Made by a program: the position numbers and the translations under genes. The notes below the pieces were generated by a model. It did not search any database. It saw nothing but the letters and a program-made list of their open reading frames with translations, and was not told where the DNA came from. From Lytechinus pictus (lineage: Eukaryota): DNA of 64,000 nucleotides. Every line of letters begins with the position of its first letter. The stretch's first letter is position 1. The stretch is taken from the NCBI RefSeq assembly GCF_037042905.1, contig NC_087256.1, forward strand, positions 11,408,001-11,472,000. The letters run 5' to 3'. This document shows positions 12,586 to 25,300 of this stretch, piece by piece.

Positions 12586-15108
12586 CCTTACTATTTTATA
12601 ATGACCTTCACTCAATAAAAGTCGGTTATCCATAATACATGGTATGTACCTGGCATAATAGAAAGCAGATCCTGCCATGTAAAAATTAACCCTGAGCAAA
12701 ATAAACATGCGTAATCAATCATATTTTACCATTAATGAGCCTACTAATCACTATAAATCTAAAACTAAAGCCTGTTAAGTATTACATTGATTATGTAGAA
12801 ATTGTAGATTACCTAGGAGCTTTGTTAGGCTTCAGTGTAGCTATCACGGTTTATATATCACTCTCACTTTCATTTTCCACAAATTAGTCTATTTTGAGGT
12901 CATATGTGGCAAGTTTTAAATCACACATTTTCATATTATCCATTACCATTAAACTTAATATAGGGTTTATACCATCTGTTCCTAGATATTACTATTATGT
13001 GTAGAGATGTATGATTTTACATTCTTCCCCATTTTTCTGTTGTTCAGAAATGTATGCGATTGTTTTTTTTTCTGAAATTGTAAGGGCTCATTCAACCATG
13101 TTTGTACCAAAGCAGTAATCAGAAAAGATGCTTACTCCATGTGTGAAGATGAATCACTGTACCAGAGTATACAAGAGTACCACAAAGTCTACATAGATAT
13201 TGCTGTATTTTAGAGCTGTGTGGGGGTAGAAGTCAAGCCTCTTGTATTCTTGACACAGATTTGAAGATACTTGTTTGCGGAAATCCAATATTCTGTATCG
13301 TCTTCTCCAGATCATGCAAATTTATTGTGCTACAGTTATGTTTCTAGGTCAATTGGTGACCGCTCCTCTATGACAGCAATCGTGCACTGTTGCCAATTTG
13401 AAAGTAACATGAGCAAATTTTAGATTGATATTCATTTTTTTTTTCTTCAAAGTTTATTGATATATTTCCATATGTATTTTCTCAATTTTCATTTATTCAT
13501 ATTCTGTTGGTGTTCATGGCAGTGATGATGGTGGTCATCATTGCTATTATTCATCATCATCTTTTCATCGCTATTTTACCATTAATGCCCATACACATAT
13601 TTTGATTAAATGAAAATATTATGCTATTATGAATTAACTTATATATGCTTGAAATAAACTCTTGCACAATTGTCCCTTGAGCATATATGGTATCTAACCA
13701 TCCTTATTTTGACCACAGACTTCTTCTTCTCTCTCTTTCTCCGCTCTATGGGAATATGATGCTGTGGCATGCATGACTCCAAATGAATTCTAGATAAGTT
13801 CCCTAAATGTATAATGGCACTTAGTGCATAATGCACAGCAATAAAATTAGCTTTCATATACATGCAGGACAACAGCATTGCCATAGTCAGACAGATCACA
13901 TGATACTCAAATTTTATCACTGTTCGTGCATTACTGTGTAGTACAATTCTTATATAAAAATGGTATTATATTTCATATAGTATATTTAAACACTAAAATA
14001 TGAGTCAATGCTCAAAAATAATACTCTCATGATACACAATTGTTGATTTTTTCGAACAGATATCTTTAATATCTTGCCTATTTATGATGATAAACAGGAA
14101 AAACACTGTTTATCTAACCTCTAAAAAGCACTTCATCAAGAGTTTTAGTTTTTAAGCTTTTTTCCTAATTGTACACTTCAATGTTACGCTTAAGTTGTCT
14201 CTGAAATAAATGCTTACATTCATTTAGAATAATATTTTTTTTCTGGTAAGAGACAGAAACAAGGAATGACCAGAGGAATCAGTTTGAGTACATGATGATG
14301 GTAGTTACCGCTTTCCTTTAATATTTGACTTAGTATACCTCAAAGGAATGATAACAGCATATGGCAGGAAATTAAACCATGTTTCTAAAGGAAATGAAGG
14401 GGTATAAATCATTCCTTATAGCCACCATTCAACTATGAAATGAACCTGCAGCAGAGTAAATCTCTATCTAAATTGTTGCCAATTTAACAACCCGCATGGT
14501 ACCAAGGGTTCAGACAGGAAGGCGTGTGGATTTCCAGGTACCAGCCAAAAATAGCAGATGACGCCGGATTCTCTCAGCCAAACATCGGTCAAACAGATGT
14601 TCTTATTATCAAGTTGTCATCATTTTTTAAAATCTGGCATATGAACTAATTGGACTCTTTGGGATAGCATGACATGTCTTTATTGTGCTTTTTTTTACTA
14701 AAGGGACAAGACATTTCATGGCTGGTGAAGTAATCATTCTTTTAGTCTCTGGAGACCCTTGTGGCTCTATTACCAATGGAATGTTACACAAGAAATACAA
14801 AAACCTACCTGATTACAAGCCAAATTGTTTCCCCTGATGTTCATTTTCAATTTCAAAGCCTATATTTTTTTTAATACATTTATGACTTGGAAATTTGCTA
14901 ATGATGTTTCTTGTCATTTTCACTGTTTTGTGAGCAGACAAATGCAAGGTTAGCTATTTTTAAATATATATTTTTTTATTGTGGGGGGTATTGATGTCGC
15001 TTATCCAAAGCGAAAATCTTCTTTTTTTTATCTTGTATTTCCTAAAAGTGTCTTGATAATACTGAAGAACATCTCTGAGACTATCATGCAAGCTCGATAT
15101 GTGTCTTA

Positions 15109-15908
15109 TACCCCTTTCATATTGCGCTTTTCCCCGGCGAACTTCATCAGCGAAGGGGAAAGTGTCCAGTATGAAAGGTACACAGGAGAACTTCGCCGGC
15201 AAACTTCTCCACCTCTAGAGGTGGAGAACTTTGCTGGTGAAACTTTTCCCCAGCAAAGTTCACCTGTGAAACAGCCAGTATGAAAGCAAACCGGAGAACT
15301 TCTCCTCTTTAATGACGTCAGAGGTCATTTTTTTCCCTCCCCGAAATCCCCTGAACTGAGATTCTGTGCGCTAGCTAGCTATTATTTTTGTGGCTAAATG
15401 TAGAAGGCCACGCTTTATGAGCGATTCAATCATTCTATAGAGTTAAATGCTCTGGAACATACAATTTTTATTTTTTTTCACTAACGATATTTATTATTAT
15501 AAAAGCGTTATCTTACATGCTGAAAATGCGCTTAATATATCAAAATACTTTGATTCTTTTTTTGTTTTTCTTCTTATATTTCTAGAATATGTTGTAATTT
15601 TTGTACACCTTTTTGTAATCGGTAAGAAGCAATGTTTACAATATTCATATCGTTCGTTCTAATTCTGCATGGACGTGCCGAGTGAGCTGATCAGCAGCAG
15701 CAGCAGCAGCTGAGTAGTGTTTACCTGCCGTCATCTCCAAAACTTCACTGATTAAAATTCAAATTAAAAAAACCGTGCGCTTTTATTTGCACTTACTTCC
15801 GCCCGAGCAAATCACCCGTCGTCTTTCGCCGGGGAAGAGATGTGAGTGCGAAAGGGTACATTTTTTTCTTCGCCGGGGAAAAATGAAGAGGCCAGTCTGA
15901 AAGGGGTA
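15109..15908. mobile_element. PIF/Harbinger-like MITE, 800 bp
   Basis: TTA|TACCCCTTTCA ... TGAAAGGGGTA|TTA (3-bp TTA TSD). Subterminal TTCCCCGGCGAA / TTCGCCGGGGAA repeats. Confidence 0.85.
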
Positions 15909-16143
15909 TTAATAACAAAAATCTTACATTCCGTTTGTTGATCAGTTTTTGAAAATTCCAGAGCAAGCTCCCCTTTTGCTTCTACTGTTCCCTATGTTTT
16001 TCCCTGTCTTTGGCTTGAGATTTTCTAGAATATTCTTTCCTGGATGATTTAATCTTTTAATTTTTTCCTGTTTGTTGTTTGACTAATGACAGGCCATGTC
16101 CTAACTCTTACCCAGACTGAGCACGAGCAGACCAGCTGCTAAC

Positions 16144-16323
16144 ATGGACAACGAACTGCCCCGCCAGGAACTGGTCAAGTGCGTCGTGGTCGGCGACAGC
16201 GCGGTGGGCAAGACCAGACTGATCGTAGCCCGGGCAACCAACCAAGCAATGACTAGATCGCAGCTCTTCCAGACTCACATTCCTTCCGTCTGGGCCATTG
16301 ACCAGTATCGCATGTGCCAAGAG
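16144..16323 (+). CDS. RhoBTB: RhoBTB coding exon 1 (P-loop, switch I)
   Basis: [31 protein letters not shown]...[15 protein letters not shown]; donor GAG|GTAAAT; an in-frame stop (TAA 16102-16104) upstream supports this ATG as the start. Confidence 0.93.
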
Positions 16324-19300
16324 GTAAATTGTCTTGACAAATATGATTATATCAAGGGAAAAAATAGATTAATCCCTGGAAAAATCCCCATTCACTGGGA
16401 CCCCGTTAACAGTGCAGGGCTGGACCGAGCTGCGGCCGAGCCTGGCTGGATTGCGCTACTCGGCCTCCCTATTTTGTGTGTTTACAGTGGCCGAGACAAC
16501 CTCCAGACCTGGGCCAAATGCGCAGACACTTTGGGTACTGCATTAGGCCTTTTGAGCGTTTACAGTGAATTTTAGGCCAGGCTTGTCCGGGCCTTTTTTC
16601 TTTTCACTGTAAACGGGGTCGAAGATGTGAAAAGAAGCCCTCCCATGAAAAAAAGATTATCATGATATTCAAATTAACTTTGAGATTGCTGCATAGACTG
16701 AACTCTTGGTATTTCCATGAAATAATGAACTTTTTTGGTACGTCTCATCCTAATTTTTTTTACTTTGCTGCTTGAACCGCTCAAGCTGTGATAATTTCAT
16801 AGCATAATCCCTTTTCATGTGAAGCATTAAGCAAAGGCAATCATTTCAGGAAGGTCCATGAGGAGTTGGATGAAAATACATTATGGAAATGCCATTCTTT
16901 TATAGACAAAAACCTGGCATCCATATCTATTCTAAACTGAAAGTATTTAGTAATATGCATTTTTAATGTTGTGTAGTTTACCATTCGGTTTCGGTTACCA
17001 TCAACCAAGCTATTAGTTCAGTGAATATTAGTCATATCATTTATCATGTGTGTTTTCTTATAACTTGATTGATGATGTTTACTTCACATTTCTCATCCTG
17101 GTTGTGTTATGATGACATGTTTATTACCTAGATTCTCCCTCATCCTACACATCATTCACAGTGTGATAAAACTCATTGTGATGCAATTCTACTCTTGATT
17201 CTGTGCATAGTTTGTTTAGTAGTGTATCCTAATCATCTCCACAGTATATGACTTCAGAGTGCTTTCTTCTGGTCTGGGTAATCTACTTGTCTCCCTTCTC
17301 CTCTCCTCCCTCCTTCTCTCCCCTCCTCCAACTCCCTCCTCTCCTTCTCCTCTCCTTCTCCTCTCCTCCTCCCTCTTCCTCTCCTCCTCCTCCACCTCCC
17401 TCCTCCTCCTCGTTCCTCCTCCTCTCCTCCTCCACCTCCCTCATCCTCCTCTTCCCCCTCCTCCTCCACCTTCATCCACCTCCCTCCTTACCTCCCTCCT
17501 CCTTCTCCACCTCCCTCCTCTCCTTCTCTCCTCCTCCACCTCCCTCCTCCTCTCCTCCTCTACCACCCCCTCCTCCCCCTCCACCTCCCTCGTTCTCTCC
17601 TCCACCTCCCTCCTCCTCCACCTCCCTCCTCCCCTCCTCCTCCACCTCCCTCCTCCCTCCTCCTCTCCTCCTCCTCTCCTCCTCCTCTCCTCCTCCACCT
17701 CCCTCGTCCTCTCCTCCACCTCCCTCCTCCTTCTCCACCTCCCTCCACCTCCTCCACCTCCCTCCTCCTCTCCTCCACCTCCCTCCTCCTCCCTCCTCCT
17801 CCCTCCACCCCTCCTCCTCCTCGACTCCTCCTCCACCTCCCTCCCTCCTCTTTCTCCACCTCCCTCCACCTCTCCTCCTCCACCTCCCTCCTCCTCTCCT
17901 CCACCTCCCTCCTGCTCCTTCCTCCTCCTCCTCTCCTCCACCTCCATCCACCTCCCTCCTTACCTCCCTCCTCCTTCTCCACCTCCCTCCTCTCCTTCTC
18001 TCCACCTCCCTCCTCCTCTCCTCCTCCACCACCCCCTCCTCCCCCTCCACCTCCCTCCTCCACCTCCCTCCTCCCTCCTCCTCTCCTCCTCCTCTCCTCC
18101 TCCTCTCCTCCTCCTCCTCTCCTCCTCCTCTCCTCCTCCTCTCCTCCTCCTCTCCTCCTCCACCTCCCTCGTCCTCTCCTCCACCTCCCTCCTCCTCTCC
18201 TCCACCTCCCTCCTCCTCCCTCCACCCCTCCTCCTCCACCTCCCTCCTCCTCGACTCCTCCTCTCCTCCTCCACCTCCCTCCCTCCTCCTCGACTCCTCT
18301 CCTCCACCTCCCTCCTCCTCTCCTCCACCTCCCTCCTCCTCCTTCCTCCTCCTCCTCTCCTCCTCCACCTCCCTCCTCCCCCCTCCTCCACCTCCCTCCT
18401 CCCCCTCCTCCTCCTCCACCTCCACCTCCCTCCTCCCCCCTCCTCTCCTCCTCCACCTCTCTCCTCCCCCCTCCTCTTCCTCCTCCCTCCTCCCCCCTCC
18501 TCTTCCTCCTCTTCCTCCTCCACCTCCCTCCTCCTCCACCTCCCTCCTCTCCTCTACCTCCCTCCTCCTCCTCCCCCCCTCCCCCCTCCTCCTCTTCCTC
18601 TAGCACATTTGAGTCTGAATCATTGATGATCATGAAGCCCTTAATGGGTCCTTCATTTCAGAGAGCCAATCCCTGTCTTTGGTCTATGAATTCAAATGCT
18701 CTAATTACTCTTTGGTGACAGGTTCTTGAGAACTCCTGGGAGACGATAGATGGGGTCAGTGTGTCCCTGCGTCTCTGGGATACCTTCGGTGACCATGAAA
18801 AAGATAGACAGTTCGCTTACGGCAGGTAGGTATTCACCCAGCTTTAAGCATTTCGGCAGCAAAATCATGAAACAATGTGATTTTCACTAACTATTGTTAT
18901 AAGCTACTTTAATCATTGTATTTGATTGATGCAGAGCAAATTCTCAGTGAAAAGTCACTAACAAGATGTTCCATGAAACACTCCTGTGTGGTTTACAGTT
19001 AGGGCCTAACCACCATTTTGTTCTCAGTTGATAACTCTATCTCATTTTATTATTTCATCTCAGTAATGATGGGTAATAGGCTCAAGTGACGTACAATTTA
19101 AAACAACGAACAGCCACCCAGGCATGAATAGATCTGTATCCTCAAATTTGTTAAATTTGTTACTAGTATTATCAACCAGAATGTGAAGCCAAGTTCTCTT
19201 ACGATTCTGTCAGAGCTCAAACATAGTTTTGGCATGACCTGTTTAGTAGCAAACGGCAGGTTCTTTGTGAATTTAATAGCGATAAAAGTGCATAACTAGA

Positions 19301-22300
19301 TTGTTTTTTTCTCATCAAGATGAATAATAATTCAATTTTTCTTTTGTTTTCACATTTTTGGCAAATCTGTTGTGCATGTAGAGCTGCATGTATTTGAGGT
19401 TCAAAGAATTCCCAGATTCCTTTTCAGGTAATGCTCATGTGCTCTAAAGGCTTTCCAGGCTCGATCAAGCTTAGGGTAATAATATCCAAGTCTCTTTGGA
19501 AGCACCTAGAGGTGTTAAATGGTACATGATATGGGCTATACAAGAACTGAATACGATTTTTATTTTGATTAGCTTGATGAATGCACAATACTAAAATTTC
19601 ATTGTTTTATTATTCAGACATATAAACTGCTGGCATTTGATATCAGTTGTGCCATACTTTAGAAATAGCAACCTTCTAACTAGAATAGCACACATGAATG
19701 TTACCCTTACCTTTAAAGTCTAGGGTGCTTAAAATAGTTAAACCCATCCAAGTTCAAGCTGTTGGCCCTGTAACTACAGGGGTTGTGACGTGACATGATG
19801 TGATTAACAGCTCCACCGTCATACCCGTTGTTGGTATCGAGTAATTGGCTGGCCTAATGAATGCTGTTTGCATGTAGCGCCAATCTAAACAAGCCACAGT
19901 GATTTGTAGGAGAGGGACTAACAACCACATAGCATTGCCAATGTTGTGAGAACATGAAAGATGTATGTCATTAATCATCTAACAGTGTTCTGAGAAATCC
20001 CTGTCATTTGCGAAATAAACATCCAATTTCCAAATTATTGGGCAAATTCTTTCTATTGGAAGTGTTCAAGGTATCATCCTTTTCAAGAAAAGTGTTACAT
20101 TTTTAATAATACTTGTTTTTATCTGACTTGCAATTAGACATTAATACTTTTCACTCTTATTGAGGTCAGCAAGATGAAATCTTGCAAAACAGGTATATAT
20201 ATGTACATGTACATCAAATTATATTGTTATTGTTATATTACATAGTGTCCAGGACTGGTGTTTAATTTGATACCTTTTGCAAAGTGTATTTCTCGTCTCA
20301 AAAGTTAACCTAATATTCAGTTTATGCAATATTAAGTATTTTAAGTAGGTAAGTGAAAAAGTCAAAAGCTCTCCATAAGAAGCCTTAGGATGTCACATTA
20401 TTCTACACTGTTCTACCGAGCATCAATGAAACTAAATATAACATTGGAGAGATCCATATTTCTTGAAATATGATAAAGATTTTATAAAATTAAATGGCTT
20501 ATCTAAAGAAGCCCAGGGGCATTTAGGTGTTGTATTATTCTGGCTTTTTCTGTTTTTCGAAGATCACTGTCTCCATGAATTTTATGCCGTTGAAGATTGC
20601 AGGTGAAACCTTTCTCTGGTACTTTTTATTGGTTTTTACTGAGCATTGTTTACTCCAATGTTTTTTAATATTAACTTGTGAATGTCAACCTAGTCAAGAA
20701 CGCTCCCTTGTTATATTGACCTCTCGACGATTTCAAGTGGTCTTGGTATTCAGAAACCACTGAGGTGTGATTTAATGAGAAGTTAATGAGATCTTTACGC
20801 CCTTTCTTCACAACCCATCCAAAGTAGCCTTGTTTCCAGGTTTTGATATGAAAATAATTTCCTTATGAAGGAAATCTCCCTAACAATTCAGTTTTTAGAA
20901 GAAATAATTGAATTGGGTTTATATATTTTTTTTCTTTCAGATGAGTACAGTGTAGATCCCTAATGCTTGATAACTTGGATTGGTCAAAGTTTGCAAATTT
21001 GTATTCAGAAGATCTATAGACTAACAGCTACTTTTAGATTTGACAAGCTCACATTCATTTAATGAAATGAACATGCAATAAGATTGGATTAGAGTGTTTC
21101 TTCTAATGTTGAAGTGGGGCCCTTATATTCGATGATATTCAATTTGTGTCTGGTTAACATAGCCGCAATTCAATCTAATGAGAAATGATGTTGTGTACCA
21201 TTTAGAGCTGGTATTGAACTTGGCAGGGTAATTGGTGCTCTTGTGTTATTTAATCAGTAAAACCTCAAGCATCTGTATACCAAAACTGCAATTACGTGTA
21301 CATCAATGAAAGACAGGTCTCTATTGAAATGTTTATTAGATTGTACAAAAGAAAAAAAACTAACTTTTTTACTTCATAAATTGTTTAAAAAAACTTGAAT
21401 ATTGTGCATAACAATTGATAATTGGTGAATGTAATTGAAATTAATGACGAAAATTTCACCAAGACTTGCATTTAAAAATTGATGTGACATATTTGAACTA
21501 TGTTTGGTCAAAATTTCTGGCATAACTGTCATGAATTGATATTAGAAATTATAGTAAAAACAGCTTTTACACCAGGGTATATACATTTGCTATTAATATT
21601 TTGTTAAGATGACATGATGAAAGGGGATAGATAGCTTGCAAAGTTCACCCCCTTCCTATCACCTAAACCTTTTACTATTCATACCAGAAGTTAAAGGAAA
21701 ACTGAAAAATTGGGCCCAATAGATGACTTCATGGGATGAGGTTAATATTATGGAGTTTGCATTAATCTTTTTTTTTATTTATAGATAACCTTGAGAAAGA
21801 GTCCTATTGTATTGTGACGCACTCAGGTGTTGAATTGCCTCAAATTAGGCATTAATTCATTTCACGGAGTGCATTATTGTGTATCACGTTATGTTATACT
21901 TGCCTTCCTCACATCGTCCCAACTTGCATGCATATTTCAGGGAATGGCAGGGATGGGGTGACGTATATGCACGCTGGTTTTTATTAAGGGTCCAGCATTG
22001 CATTCTTCTAATATTAAATGAAACCTTTCTGAATTATGAATAGGTTGTTACCCCCTCAGAGTGAAGTGGCCCTTGAAAGGTTCACTCTAAGGTCTCTACT
22101 AGCTATGTTAGTGCTCGCTCTTGCATACTCCTCTGTGTTTTATACTAAAATAAAATTTGCCTCTAAACTTCTTCAGGTTATATTTGCTTTATTTGTATAT
22201 TAATGGACATTGTATGTTCATTATTTTTTGAGATTTTATTTGAACTAGGATGTTTAAGCTGAATGAAGCATCATTTGTCCATTAAATTTCGAATGAAACT

Positions 22301-25300
22301 CCATTAACTTTTGATATTGTATATCAACTGATGTAAATATCAATCGTATTTTTTTTAATTCCTTTTATTTAGGAAAAGTTCCAAATATATAAAAAAATGG
22401 AAAAATGAAAATAGTCAGTTCCTATTTAATGTACAGGCTTAGGAATTTTTGAAAAGGTGTGTATGTTTATGAAATAAATGGTTGATATAAAGATGATTAT
22501 AAAACTTGCCAGTTGAATGATTATCCTTTCAACCCCTTCAAGAATTTCTTTCTGTCAAGACCAGATGACACATCGTAGGATGTAGCACCCAGAGTTAGTC
22601 ATCGTATGAAGGTTTAAAAGATATAAAAACGCACACTGTACCGATTTCCATAAATGATGCACGACCCCGCGTCATCTCTCCATTTCTCTCCTCTCTCTTT
22701 CAGGGCAGACGTCGTGCTCCTGTGCTTCTCCATTGCCGATGCCGTCTCGCTGAAGAACGTGAAGAAAAAGTGGCTGCCGGAGATCCGTCACTTCTGCCCC
22801 CGGGCGCCCATCATCATGTGTGGATGCAAAAACGATCTCCGTTACGCCGACCTGGAGGCCCTGAAGAAAGAAAGGGGGCCAGTGAGGTAAGAATCACTGC
22901 CCTATATCCACTCTACTCGTTGGATGAAGGATAAAGAGGGTATTAAGATGCAGTTGTCATGGTAACTACATTCATGATGCAAAGCATTGACCTTCTTGGT
23001 GTGTGGTGGTCATAGACCTTCGACTTTAGATCTGTCCTCAGCTTGAAAAAAAATGCTGTATGACATTGTTTTATTATATATACTTTGGTTCAATCTCTTA
23101 CCCCAACCTCCCACTCCTCCCCAAGCACTTATTCTCTTACCATCTTTCCATCCCTCACTCAACCTTCCCCTCTATCTTCTTCCTCTTTTTCTCTTCTTTC
23201 TCCAAAGTGTTGATAGTATTCATGAGACAAAGAAATGGAGAGATACAAGGGTTTCTGAAAGACTAAATTTTGCTTGTGTGGCACTTATTTCATATTTTGT
23301 CATTCCAATAAACATTTTTTTTCTTCCATTTTTACCATATATCATATTTTTTATATAAATTGCACAAAATCACTTGTCAGAAAAGAATATAGGTATATAA
23401 CAGAATTGTTAACAGAAGAAGGTCTGATTCCCTTAAGGTAGTACCCTGAGCAAACAGTAGATTCCGTTATCTGCTGTTAAACTTGGTCTCATGAGAGATG
23501 AGTAGAATTATGATATTTCTTTATTATTAAATGAGTATTAACTATTTTGTTTGTAACTTTGTATCATAATGTGCCTTGATAGATTTAGGTAGTAATGATT
23601 AGAGAGACCCCAAGGCATCTGCCCCAGTCATTCTTCCCTATTGTTGTACACACTTGCAACCACAGGGTTCTTTTCAAAACCGTAAATAGATATTACCTAA
23701 CATATTTCCATTTGGTAAATAAATAGTCACTAACCCTGCATTCCACTTCCAAATGACAACTTTGACAACTTTGTTTATTGGGAACACAAAAGTAGACTTT
23801 ATTATTTCATGGATAACGTGTTCAAAGAGTAGACAGAACAAGCAGTGTTTTTCTTCTTCTGCATCCTTCCTCCGTTGTTGTCGAAGATCCTCAGAAAATA
23901 AACTGCAGTATTGTTTAAACACAATGTAAACACCTGATTTAGAAAGTGCTAAGTGGTACTGGAGTAAAACTGTGTGAGCGAGGTACATTTTATGCAAGAA
24001 TATAAGAATAAGGATGTTCAGAATATTCACTGGAATTTGGGCACAAATAATCAAGAAACGGGGAGTTGCTTGTTATAAGATGAACTTCTGGACCTAGATG
24101 GTCTGTCATTTAAAAGAGCAGAACTCTCTGAACCACATCAACCTTCAAAACACTTTTCCATTCTCATTTTGATCACATTATTGTGCAAGCAAGTATTTCT
24201 TTCCAGAAAATATGTCAACATTGTGAGTTAACATCATGTGCAGTTGTGCACTACTGCCCTATCCTATTTAGAAAATCTCCTATGCCTCACTTTTTTATTT
24301 TGTTTCATTTTCAGCCACCAATGTTCTCGCCATCGAGCCTTTGACCCCGAAGGTATACTTCCTCCAAAAGAAGGCCGCAACATTGCCAAAGAATCCAACT
24401 GCGTCTACTACGAAACCAGTTCCTACACACTGTATGGAGTCCAGGAGGTCTTTGACAATGTAGTGAGGGCGGCGCTCATCTACAGACGGCAACATAGGTT
24501 CTGGCAGTCCAATCTAAAGAAGGTATGACTCTGAGGGAGTGGTTGTACAACATGTGTCCCTGTAACAATTATACCCAGGTCAAGTTTGTGTGTGTGCCTG
24601 TTATGGTTTTACAGATGTATACCAAAGTGGATATGATTTTGGCACCTTGGAACAGACTTAGATGATGATCGTGATGGTGATGGTTAAAATATTTATCCTC
24701 ATTTGAGTGGTTTAAACTTTGATCTTTGAACAAACAGTGCACACTCACTCAAATGCAGTGATACTACTACTGAAACTCAGACGCCAAGGATTACAGACAT
24801 AGTGATCTAGACAGATAGAGAGAGTGTGGCACTTTCTTCCTAACTATTTTTTTATTTTTTCTTCTTTTTCTTATTCTTTCTTCAGGTCCAGAAGCCACTC
24901 CTGCAAGCACCCTACTTACCAGGTTGTCCTAGAGAGCCTAGTATCCACATCCCAGAATCCACATATGCTTCAGATATCAGTTTCTTACTCAAGGAACCAG
25001 CTTGTGCTGATGTCATCTTCACAGCACATGGAGAGCTGATCTGTGCACACAAGGTATGCCTGACATTCCTGACTTTCAATTTCAATTTATTCACCATCTT
25101 TAAAAATCAGTGTACATAAAAAATATGACATAAAATACCGATACATAGTTTAAAAATGGAGGGATACCCTTAATAAGCACAGTGCTTGTAAGCAGGGTCC
25201 CAACATAAACATTTAGGGTAAACATTATAATACAGGTTATACATTATAACATAATACAAATTATACATTAAAAATACATATGTAACAATAAAACACACAC

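Noticed and set aside
12214-12708. ORFs spanning poly-X
   Set aside because: They run through the N gap and a CTAT microsatellite.
16324-16575. Extension of the exon 1 ORF to 143 aa
   Set aside because: It reads through a consensus donor into intron and MITE sequence. RhoBTB homology stops at ..MCQE.
17248-18633. Long ORFs (up to 455 aa) in several frames, Pro/Ser/Leu- or Gly/Glu/Arg-rich
   Set aside because: Artefact of the (CCT)n tract, which lacks stop codons. It lies in RhoBTB intron 1 and has no domain content.
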